Shown here piece after piece: positions 27,817-34,488 of a stretch of 36,329 nucleotides of DNA. The notes under the pieces were generated by a model that did no database searches, was not told where the DNA came from, and was given only the letters and a program-made list of their open reading frames with translations. The stretch is from positions 76,413 to 112,741 of the IMG/VR virus record IMGVR_UViG_3300017766_004476; one strand, 5' to 3'. The stretch is from a virus. Lineage: Duplodnaviria > Heunggongvirae > Uroviricota > Caudoviricetes. How positions within the stretch are numbered: position 1 is the stretch's first letter; every line of letters begins with the position of its first letter. A program made the position numbers and the translations under genes.

Positions 27817-28062
27817 TTAAAATGCTTCGAGTTTACCTACAGATGTTTTGACAATTTCATCAATAAATTCTTTAGAAAAGATGCATCCACAATTTGTTTT
27901 AATGAGGTTATTTTTTCTATCAATCTCAGTAATATTGAATATACGCTTTACAAGAGTGATTTTACCTTCATTAAACTCAGCACAATTAATAATAATCCGA
28001 TATACTAAGGGTTCAAAATTAAAGGTTGAGAACTTTTCATTGGTTGTGTTATTTTTAAACAT
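27817..28062 (-). CDS. hypothetical protein
   Basis: Start moved to MFKNN because the longer frame begins inside a tRNA. Confidence 0.5.
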   Translation of the reverse strand: MFKNNTTNEKFSTFNFEPLVYRIIINCAEFNEGKITLVKRIFNITEIDRKNNLIKTNCGCIFSKEFIDEIVKTSVGKLEAF

Positions 28063-28065
28063 ATC

Positions 28066-28142
28066 GGTGGGACTAGTGGGATTTGCACCCACACTGCCGA
28101 GCTTCTCAGACTCGTGACTCCTTCTAGTTGGTCTATAGTCCC
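28066..28142 (-). tRNA. tRNA-Leu(GAG), short variable loop
   Basis: GGGACTA/TAGTCCC, CGAGT-CTGAGAA-GCTCG, GTGGG-TGCAAAT-CCCAC. Confidence 0.8.
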
Positions 28143-28146
28143 ATTT

Positions 28147-28371
28147 AACACAGCCGTAGCCAGAATTTTGTTTTATCCTATCATTTGACTAAGCACCAAC
28201 CCGGACCTACCATAACGAGAAGCACTACTCATCGGTCCTGTTTGGCTTGCATCTACTATTTGTGGTATTAACGAGTAAATTTCATTCGCCACTACTTTAT
28301 ACTCTCCCATCAGCTGCTTTGATGTTCTGAACTTCCTCAGATATTTCTATCCGCGATAGGTCGCTTATGTT
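28147..28371 (-). ncRNA. rnpB: compact RNase P RNA
   Basis: CR-I GAGGAAGTTCAGAA and CR-V ACAAAATTCTGGCTA form a complete 8-bp P4 with the bulged U; P2 CCTATC/GATAGG; P3 CGGATA-GAAA-TATCTG; P5 CATC/GATG; P6 AAGCA/TGCTT; GCAAGCCAAA and GGTCCGGGTTGGTGCTT match the P15 region. Confidence 0.85.
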
Positions 28372-29134
28372 AAATTTTCTTTAAGCCGCATTCATGACAA
28401 ATATATCCATCCCATGCAGGAAAGCCACATTGTTCACAACTTTTAAGTACTTCCTGAGATTCGTTAATGTCCTTTTCTCTAGTTGAGACTCCTGGTGACT
28501 TTCGAGGTTCTCTAATATCTACCCCAGCCGCACGTAAATGCAAATTGACTTCTGAATCATGCAGAGTTGGGTCATTTGTTTCTGCATCATTACACATCTT
28601 ATCTAAACCAGCTTGTTGAAGCCTGCGAGTCTGCTCTTCACCTAAACTCACTAATGCAGCTCTGAGTTCTTCTTTAGGAACTTCTGCTACTTCACATCCC
28701 GGATCAGGATATCCTGGATGCTTTTGAACGTTTGTATAATCTAAATTGTATCCTGTTCTAGATTCTTTAATACGAGGAAAGATACAATTAATAGTGTCTT
28801 TCCATTTTTTCTTACATTCTTCTACATTTATATTACCGTAAATGTGTTGTGCTTCAGTTATATATTCCTCACCTATCTCAAGTAGGGAGTTATATAGATC
28901 TTCTCGAGGTATTGGTATGAGATGGTGGCTACTCACCATTACTTTAGCATCGCATGATTCATCTGCTGGTTGCTCTACCCTTTTCATGAAAAGATCATGA
29001 GCAATCTGACTATAACAGCTATTGCAAATATGATACTTCCAAACACTTCCGGTAATCTTATCAGGTGGAGAAAATAACAAACCACCTGGTTCGTTTATCT
29101 CTTTATGACACACATCACAATTAACTTTTAACAT
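28370..29134 (-). CDS. hypothetical protein with N- and C-terminal zinc-ribbon motifs
   Basis: CDVC...CNSC and CEQC...CHEC; start moved to MLKVNC because the longer frame begins in a tRNA. Confidence 0.65.
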   Translation of the reverse strand: MLKVNCDVCHKEINEPGGLLFSPPDKITGSVWKYHICNSCYSQIAHDLFMKRVEQPADESCDAKVMVSSHHLIPIPREDLYNSLLEIGEEYITEAQHIYGNINVEECKKKWKDTINCIFPRIKESRTGYNLDYTNVQKHPGYPDPGCEVAEVPKEELRAALVSLGEEQTRRLQQAGLDKMCNDAETNDPTLHDSEVNLHLRAAGVDIREPRKSPGVSTREKDINESQEVLKSCEQCGFPAWDGYICHECGLKKI

Positions 29135-29177
29135 AATCGTAATATAAATGTTCTCTCTCAGATTGCAATTTATTAAT

Positions 29178-29255
29178 TGGTACTTCCAGTGAGATTTGCA
29201 CTCACACATCCATGTTTTTGAGACAAGTGACTCCTGCTAATTGGTCTATGGAAGC
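29178..29255 (-). tRNA. tRNA-Leu(CAA), short variable loop
   Basis: GCTTCCA/TGGAAGT, loop CTCAAAA, ACCA end. Confidence 0.8.
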
Positions 29256-29293
29256 ATCGACGGGATTTCACTATTGTTCCACCTATTCTTCTT

Positions 29294-29364
29294 TGAGCGT
29301 GCGCCATACACTTCCAGCCCAAGTTATCTGGTGGGCTAGGTTGGAGTCGAACCAACTCTTCTCA
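29294..29364 (-). ncRNA. circularly permuted tRNA-like element
   Basis: Order on the minus strand: TGAG, T arm (GTTGG-TTCGACT-CCAAC), CTAGCCC-ACCA, 8-nt linker, GGGCTGG, D-like arm (GTG-TATGGCG-CAC), CTCA. Confidence 0.65.
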
Positions 29365-29431
29365 GTATACAAATAGAATGTCTATCCTATATTCTATTAT
29401 GCAGATAGCAAGTCTGCTGTGTAGAATACTT

Positions 29432-29506
29432 TGGCTCCTCCGGCTGGTAACGCTCCAGCAACTCTTGTTTCAGAGACAAGCGTAGTGACTTCTATACTAC
29501 AGAGGA
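29432..29506 (-). tRNA. tRNA-Gln(CTG)
   Basis: TCCTCTG/CGGAGGA, CTTGT-CTCTGAA-ACAAG, GCCA end. Confidence 0.85.
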
Positions 29507-29550
29507 ATTAAATTTGTATCGCTAACAGTGAGTTTATAACTCTCACTGTT

Positions 29551-29626
29551 TGGTACTGAATATTGGAATCGAACCAATCTTCTAATGCGCGTCGTGCATT
29601 TGCATAAGCCAATATGCTAATTCAGC
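29551..29626 (-). tRNA. tRNA-Val(GAC) with an atypical anticodon loop
   Basis: Well-paired cloverleaf; loop ACGACGC lacks U33. Confidence 0.75.
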
Positions 29627-29628
29627 AT

Positions 29629-29853
29629 TTATCTATATATTTTCTTTCTTAAACTGTACTCAATTAATCCTGCAAATCTTTCATATACAACCTTAATAAC
29701 TGGGTTGGTAAGGTTATAATGTTTACCATCTTGTGCTCTACCACAAAAATAAATATCACCTGCTTGATATATGTTATCAGAGTCTGTGATAGTACCCATC
29801 TGCTTATCTAGCGGTTTTGAATTTACAATTGTCCAATGCGTATGGTCGTACAT
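29629..29853 (-). CDS. hypothetical protein
   Basis: 74-aa ORF in the run. Confidence 0.55.
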   Translation of the reverse strand: MYDHTHWTIVNSKPLDKQMGTITDSDNIYQAGDIYFCGRAQDGKHYNLTNPVIKVVYERFAGLIEYSLRKKIYR

Positions 29854-29856
29854 ATT

Positions 29857-30360
29857 TTAGCTTTCATCACAAGCGGGGTGTCCATACTTATGGAAGTATT
29901 TCATCGGGCGTTTTAATTTTCCATCAACCCAAAATCCCCAATCTCTCTTTGCAGGCCCTGTTAAGAGCAATGTCCAAGTATTTGGAATTACTACTTCTAC
30001 ATAATGTTTATGCTTTGCAGGTCGAAATCTCAAAATACCTGCTTTCATGTGCTCGATATTAGTCTCAGATGCAAAAAGAGTATCTGGCTTGTCGAACTCA
30101 GCATTATGTGAAACATCAACATAATGACCCTTCAATACCAATGTCCAAAACCAATAAGGGTGGTCGTGCATATACCGCTTATCATCACTTCTAATCCAGT
30201 GATGCAATCTAATTGCAAATAATCCAAAATTTAAGACATACCGATAAGCATAAGGACATTCAGGCTTACCTAATGCCTCTTTCCATCGTAATTGAAAGAG
30301 TTTAAAGCGTTTCCGCTCTGGTTTTAAATCTTCTCTATGTTCCTCACTCATACCGGTCAA
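29857..30360 (-). CDS. cupin-like protein
   Basis: LHHW..SD....HDHP.....LVLKG.Y, R.A...H.VE, TWTL..TG....WGF. Confidence 0.65.
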   Translation of the reverse strand: MTGMSEEHREDLKPERKRFKLFQLRWKEALGKPECPYAYRYVLNFGLFAIRLHHWIRSDDKRYMHDHPYWFWTLVLKGHYVDVSHNAEFDKPDTLFASETNIEHMKAGILRFRPAKHKHYVEVVIPNTWTLLLTGPAKRDWGFWVDGKLKRPMKYFHKYGHPACDES

Positions 30361-30874
30361 TTACAATAAGAGTTGCTGAGACTACATTATTAAACCACAC
30401 TTTATCGAGACTAATTATTTGATGTGTTTTTCCTTTAAGCCATTTACGGAATGCAATATAGCGCGGGGTATAAGAACGCTTAAAAGTATTATGTATTAGA
30501 CATACAACTCGACCTTCAGGCTTGAGCAATGAATGCATATGCATCAGATGCTCTACATCTTGTTTATGAGGAGGATTCATTATAATCCGATCGTATTTCT
30601 GATGCTCGATTTTCAAGCAATCTATCATTGGATTTACTTGATATTTCTCTCGGAGACCGTTTCTCAATGCTTCATTGAGTTCACATACATCAAACTTTGC
30701 AATTCCATGTTCAATAAGCGCATCAAGTAATACTCCAGTACCTGCACTTGGTTCTAATACTTTTAGATAGGTTTGATTGGGATGGATTTGAAGCCAATTA
30801 ACCATTAAAGAGGCAACATCTCGAGGAGTGCCTTTAATGTGCTTACCATCTTGACTTTGTATATCTGCGTACAT
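30344..30874 (-). CDS. small class I SAM-dependent (probably DNA amino-) methyltransferase
   Basis: VLEPSAGTG motif I and IIMNPPH motif IV; start moved to MYADI. Confidence 0.8.
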   Translation of the reverse strand: MYADIQSQDGKHIKGTPRDVASLMVNWLQIHPNQTYLKVLEPSAGTGVLLDALIEHGIAKFDVCELNEALRNGLREKYQVNPMIDCLKIEHQKYDRIIMNPPHKQDVEHLMHMHSLLKPEGRVVCLIHNTFKRSYTPRYIAFRKWLKGKTHQIISLDKVWFNNVVSATLIVIDRYE

Positions 30875-30880
30875 TTTATA

Positions 30881-31029
30881 TGGTCCTGCCCCAGGGATTC
30901 GAACCCCAGACCTCTCAGTTTTCACATGAGTGCTCTGTTAACCTTCGCGAGGGGTCAACTAAGTGGATTTACGAGATTACGATCGTTACAGGTAAATCAG
31001 ACTTATTTATACCGCTGAGCTAGAGCAGG
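30881..31029 (-). tRNA. tRNA-Phe(GAA) with a 74-nt insertion in the D loop
   Basis: CCTGCTC/GGGCAGG, GCTC...GAGC D stem split by the insert, loop GTGAAAA, TTCGAAT, ACCA. Confidence 0.7.
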
Positions 31030-31093
31030 TTTAACTTATACAAATAATATAATAGCGCCTACGAAGATGTTCAAATGTTAATTTAGATATATT

Positions 31094-31168
31094 TGGAGCC
31101 CTCTAAGTGACTTGCACACTTCTCATCTGTTTACGAAACAGGGCTCTCGCTATCTAGAGGTAGAGGGC
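31094..31168 (-). tRNA. tRNA-Thr(CGT)
   Basis: GCCCTCT/AGAGGGC, loop TTCGTAA, TCCA end. Confidence 0.8.
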
Positions 31169-31172
31169 TTAT

Positions 31173-31265
31173 TGGCGGATAGCAGAGGGCACGATCCTCA
31201 TGGCCTTTATGGGGCTCACGCTCGGTTTAGCAAACCGGTGACATCACCCGATGCCGTTACTATCC
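31173..31265 (-). tRNA. tRNA-Ser(GCT)
   Basis: GGATAGT/GCTATCC, loop TTGCTAA, long variable arm, GCCA end. Confidence 0.8.
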
Positions 31266-31270
31266 ATTTG

Positions 31271-31344
31271 TGCAGTATAAGGGAATCGAACCCTTCTCCC
31301 AGCATTGGCAATGCCGCATAATCCAACCAATATACTAATACTGC
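31271..31344 (-). tRNA. tRNA-Gly(GCC)
   Basis: GCAGTAT/ATACTGC, CGGCA-TTGCCAA-TGCTG, TTCGATT. Confidence 0.85.
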
Positions 31345-31347
31345 TTC

Positions 31348-31421
31348 GGTAGTCCTTGTCGGTAACGCTCCGACATCCTTAGATTGAGAATCTAATGTAT
31401 TTACTTCTATACGAAAGGACC
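31348..31421 (-). tRNA. tRNA-Glu(CTC)
   Basis: GGTCCTT/AAGGACT, TTAGA-TTCTCAA-TCTAA. Confidence 0.85.
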
Positions 31422-31426
31422 ATTTA

Positions 31427-31930
31427 TTATTTGATATTTCTTCCACAAAATGTATCTAACTGTGAATCACAATTAGGACATACTAATCTTAAATTAGAGG
31501 GATTATTGTCATTGTTAATGCCGTTAATGTGATCAACTCTATGACGAATTGGCTTTTCATTCCAATTATTTTCTAGATTACATATGCTACACTTATTACC
31601 ATCTCTTGCGACTAATTGAAAATAAATACGAGCTCTACTCTTTAATTTTCCACTCTTAAAAAGGTTAGTGTCATTAGTAAAACACATCTTTTTATTATAT
31701 GCACCGTAACAATTCATATTACAAAATTGAGATACTTTAGAACGCTGAACTGTTGCAGTGTATTGAGAATTACAGAATTTACAAATTAAAGTTTCAGTTT
31801 TATAATCATCTAATGTTTTACATTTCTTTTTCACTCTTTGTTTATTATTGTATATAGCAGAACATGACGATGAGCAAAATATTTTACCATCTCTTGTTAG
31901 AATTGTTTCGTTACACTGCTTACATTGCAT
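31427..31930 (-). CDS. HNH homing endonuclease-like protein within the tRNA array
   Basis: CSIC...VDHINGINNDNNPSNLRLVCPNC; N-terminal CxxC...FCSSSC zinc-ribbon repeats. Confidence 0.85.
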   Translation of the reverse strand: MQCKQCNETILTRDGKIFCSSSCSAIYNNKQRVKKKCKTLDDYKTETLICKFCNSQYTATVQRSKVSQFCNMNCYGAYNKKMCFTNDTNLFKSGKLKSRARIYFQLVARDGNKCSICNLENNWNEKPIRHRVDHINGINNDNNPSNLRLVCPNCDSQLDTFCGRNIK

Positions 31931-31933
31931 AAT

Positions 31934-32019
31934 TGGTACCAGCGAGGAGACTTGCACTCCTAAGGACAGACACTCTTAAGGCGTTCGCTTCTTCTAATTT
32001 CGCTCTCGTCCACGCTGGC
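31934..32019 (-). tRNA. tRNA-Leu(TAA)-like with a non-canonical expanded D region
   Basis: GCCAGCG/CGCTGGT, loop CTTAAGA, T arm AGGAG-TGCAAGT-CTCCT, ACCA. Confidence 0.65.
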
Positions 32020-32023
32020 AATA

Positions 32024-32108
32024 GGTACCTGAGAAGGGACTTGCACCCCTAAGGACAAATGGTTCTAAGCCAATCGCTTCTTCTAATTTCGCTCTCGTCC
32101 ACTCAGGC
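32024..32108 (-). tRNA. tRNA-Leu(TAG)-like with the same expanded D region
   Basis: GCCTGAG/CTCAGGT, loop CTTAGAA, T arm AGGGG-TGCAAGT-CCCTT. Confidence 0.65.
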
Positions 32109-32201
32109 ATTTTCTTTTAAAGAATAAGTTAGGATTTCACACCATCTTATTTCAAATAGGATAATTACTCCTTTAAGAAAATCAATGTATGTTCCGCTAA
32201 T

Positions 32202-32278
32202 GTATTAGGGTGGGAATTCGAAAACCCACATTGCCGCGCTTAGTGCGCGGAGTTCTGACCATATTAAACTACCACAAC
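32202..32278 (-). pseudogene. degenerate tRNA with a nominal CTA anticodon
   Basis: D arm GTTT/GAAC, CCGCG-CACTAAG-CGCGG, 10-nt T loop, weak acceptor, no CCA. Confidence 0.5.
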
Positions 32279-32373
32279 ATTTACGTACCGCGTCTCTCTA
32301 ACATTAAATGATCACCACCCTCTGACACCAGAGGTATTATAAATCAGAGCGATATCTGATATGGTTAAATTTA

Positions 32374-32447
32374 TGGTAGGAAATGAAGGTAATGCTCCCT
32401 CGTCCACAGAGTGTAAATCTGGTGTTCTGCTTTTGAACTAATTTCCC
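32374..32447 (-). tRNA. tRNA-Val(TAC)
   Basis: GGGAAAT/ATTTCCT, loop TTTACAC, ACCA. Confidence 0.85.
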
Positions 32448-32713
32448 AATAAATCCACGTTACTCAAGAGATTTCACCTTATCGAAGCCACAAGTACTTC
32501 GCATCGTTCTGACTGGCGACAGTCATCTATTCTCTTTCACGTGCAGGTTCGCCTACGATTCGATAGGATTTCACAAACGTTCTGAGAGCTACTCATCTAT
32601 CTATTTCATCGCCTTCCCGGGTACAAATTATTTTATTACGTTTGTTCTAAGTAATTACTATACTTAGTATCATAACTCTCTGATACATTGTTTAGAACAA
32701 AAGCTTATATGTT

Positions 32714-32923
32714 CTAAACATATTTTAAATAGCCGACATCACTCGATGGCTCCATCGGACATACCTCTATTAATTCAGCAGGTATCATCGCTGGCTCAAC
32801 TCTTTGAAACTTAACACCAAGAACTTTTTCAAGCACTTCTATATCGTCATCACTCGCATCTAGATGAATACCTGTAATTAGTCTACTATCTTCAATCATA
32901 TGGTGGATCTTAGAGTTACCCAT
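32714..32923 (-). CDS. hypothetical protein
   Basis: 69-aa ORF between RNA genes. Confidence 0.5.
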   Translation of the reverse strand: MGNSKIHHMIEDSRLITGIHLDASDDDIEVLEKVLGVKFQRVEPAMIPAELIEVCPMEPSSDVGYLKYV

Positions 32924-32981
32924 TCTCTATAGCTGCGTAGGGCTTCTACGTCTATGCTTTGGTTTTGCAGACCCAAAAATA

Positions 32982-33060
32982 TGGTGGACACAGGCGGAGA
33001 TTCGAACCCGCAATTTTCTCAATGCAAATGAGACGCATTACCAATTGATGCTACTGGCCC
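32982..33060 (-). tRNA. tRNA-Ala(TGC), slightly irregular stems
   Basis: G3-U70, TCTCA-TTTGCAT-TGAGA, TTCGAAT, ACCA; single-nt bulges in the acceptor and T stems. Confidence 0.75.
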
Positions 33061-33073
33061 ATTGTAAATAAAA

Positions 33074-33345
33074 GGTGCTGTTGAGTGATTTACACACTCG
33101 TCTTCTTCCGTTTCACTACAACCAAGGTATCGGCTCATTGTAGCTTACCGGACTTGAAGCAACAGTTATTCCCGCCTTAGAAAAGGTTGATACCACCTTT
33201 TTCATATATGCTCTCGATTGGTTACGAGATGCCGTAAAGGCTCAGAAAAATAACTCACAGCATAAAGTTTACTGTTCTCATTCTATGCCATACTTCCCTT
33301 CTAGATAAGATTAAAGGTGAGAAAGTATTAAAATCACCTAACAGC
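33074..33345 (-). ncRNA. tRNA-like shell enclosing an approximately 200-nt structured insert
   Basis: 5' GCTGTT pairs with 3' AACAGC-ACC; T-like arm GAGTG-TGTAAAT-CACTC; starts immediately after the CCA of tRNA-Ala. Confidence 0.45.
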
Positions 33346-33423
33346 TGGTGGAGAGAGTGGGAATCGAACCCACAACACGAACATTGCAAGTGTTCATCGC
33401 TAAGCCTTAGTACATGTCCCCCC
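33346..33423 (-). tRNA. tRNA-Ala(TGC)
   Basis: GGGGGGA/TCTCTCC with G3-U70, GAACA-CTTGCAA-TGTTC, TTCGATT, ACCA. Confidence 0.85.
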
Positions 33424-33675
33424 AGGACAAAAAATTATATCACCTTAAACAGCTTTTTTACTTTCATTCCATCATCCTCATCCGGATTTAGTATTCCTAT
33501 CTAGCCGGAGTCTTTTAAGTAGTTTCGATGCAGCAAGGGGAATACATTCTGCACCCCGTTAACCTACCACATTCTTACAATACGCGTCGGGAGTTACCCG
33601 ATATTGGTGAATTGAACGCGCGATTAGTAAAACTTGTAATTACTCGTATCTGTCTCACCTCAGAGGGTGATATAA

Positions 33676-33751
33676 TGGCGGCTCCTACTGGTTCTGCCCC
33701 AGTGTCTCAAGGCTTCAAAGGCCCGCGAAATAACTGTTATTCTAAGGAGCT
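33676..33751 (-). tRNA. tRNA-Gln(TTG)
   Basis: GCTCCT/AGGAGC, loop CTTTGAA, GCCA. Confidence 0.8.
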
Positions 33752-33757
33752 ACAAAA

Positions 33758-34072
33758 TTATCTTTTTTTCTCTCGTTTGGGATATTCTTTATATCCACAG
33801 TATGGTTTAATATGTCTAAATTCTGGCTTTCTGATATCGAAAGGCTTTTCAGGATCTAAAACATCGGTAACATCTAAATACTCATCATATAACTTTTCTA
33901 AGTCTTCATCATGATGAACTAACCGTAGACTACATCCATAATGGTTACTGAGAAATGTATCAATTATATCAGAATCCTCTTCTAAATATGTAAATGAGCA
34001 AATAGGATTATTTACCATTACATGACACATTTCTTTATGTGTATCACAAACTGCTCTATACCAAGTTTTCAT
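33758..34072 (-). CDS. hypothetical protein
   Basis: 104-aa ORF between tRNA-like genes. Confidence 0.6.
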   Translation of the reverse strand: MKTWYRAVCDTHKEMCHVMVNNPICSFTYLEEDSDIIDTFLSNHYGCSLRLVHHDEDLEKLYDEYLDVTDVLDPEKPFDIRKPEFRHIKPYCGYKEYPKREKKR

Positions 34073-34075
34073 TTC

Positions 34076-34153
34076 GGTCTATACATTGAGAGTCGCGCTC
34101 AATCTTCACAGCCTCTTAGCCGTGCGTGCTTATTTATCTCACACCTTATATAG
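34076..34153 (-). pseudogene. tRNA-like element with an irregular anticodon loop
   Basis: CTATATA/TGTATAG-ACC, TTGAG-CGCGACT-CTCAA, CACGG-CTAAGAGG-CTGTG. Confidence 0.5.
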
Positions 34154-34411
34154 AATAGGGTTCATTAACAAATCAAAATAATTCGTACATATCTGTCTAA
34201 ACTCTAAAAGAATCTCATCTTTACTAAAGGCAGTTTGATAGGCCATATCATGAAGTATCTCAAAATTGATATGTTGACCAGTATCTATACCATCTTTTTT
34301 GACTTTAAATTTTACACCTTCAAACCACTCAATATCAGTCATTCTTTCAATTGAGAGTCGCGGGTAATCTTTTAAGAGATCTTCTGCGATTTTAACTGCT
34401 TCAGTAATCAT
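34139..34411 (-). CDS. hypothetical protein
   Basis: 90-aa ORF flanked by two related tRNA-like elements. Confidence 0.6.
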   Translation of the reverse strand: MITEAVKIAEDLLKDYPRLSIERMTDIEWFEGVKFKVKKDGIDTGQHINFEILHDMAYQTAFSKDEILLEFRQICTNYFDLLMNPILYKV

Positions 34412-34412
34412 T

Positions 34413-34488
34413 TGGTCTATACAATCGGATTTACACCGATACTCCCAGGCACAACTGCCAAGGGTCTGAAAGTTGAACTTATGTATAG
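34413..34488 (-). pseudogene. tRNA-like element with an irregular anticodon loop
   Basis: CTATACA/TGTATAG-ACCA, ATCGG-TGTAAAT-CCGAT; no 7-nt anticodon loop can be drawn. Confidence 0.55.

Noticed and set aside
29294-29364. Second, two-piece tmRNA
   Set aside because: G3-C70 rather than G3-U70, and only about 40 nt follow before the next tRNA, so there is no room for a tag frame
32450-32636. Hammerhead or HDV-like theta ribozyme
   Set aside because: CUGANGA/GAAA core not intact; no nested double pseudoknot could be drawn by hand
32930-32980. tRNA-Cys(GCA)
   Set aside because: Only an anticodon-like hairpin (GGT-CTGCAAA-ACC) is present; no acceptor or D arm
33074-33345. Group I intron in a tRNA
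   Set aside because: No recognisable P7/R/S core sequences or terminal G context, and no restorable anticodon loop
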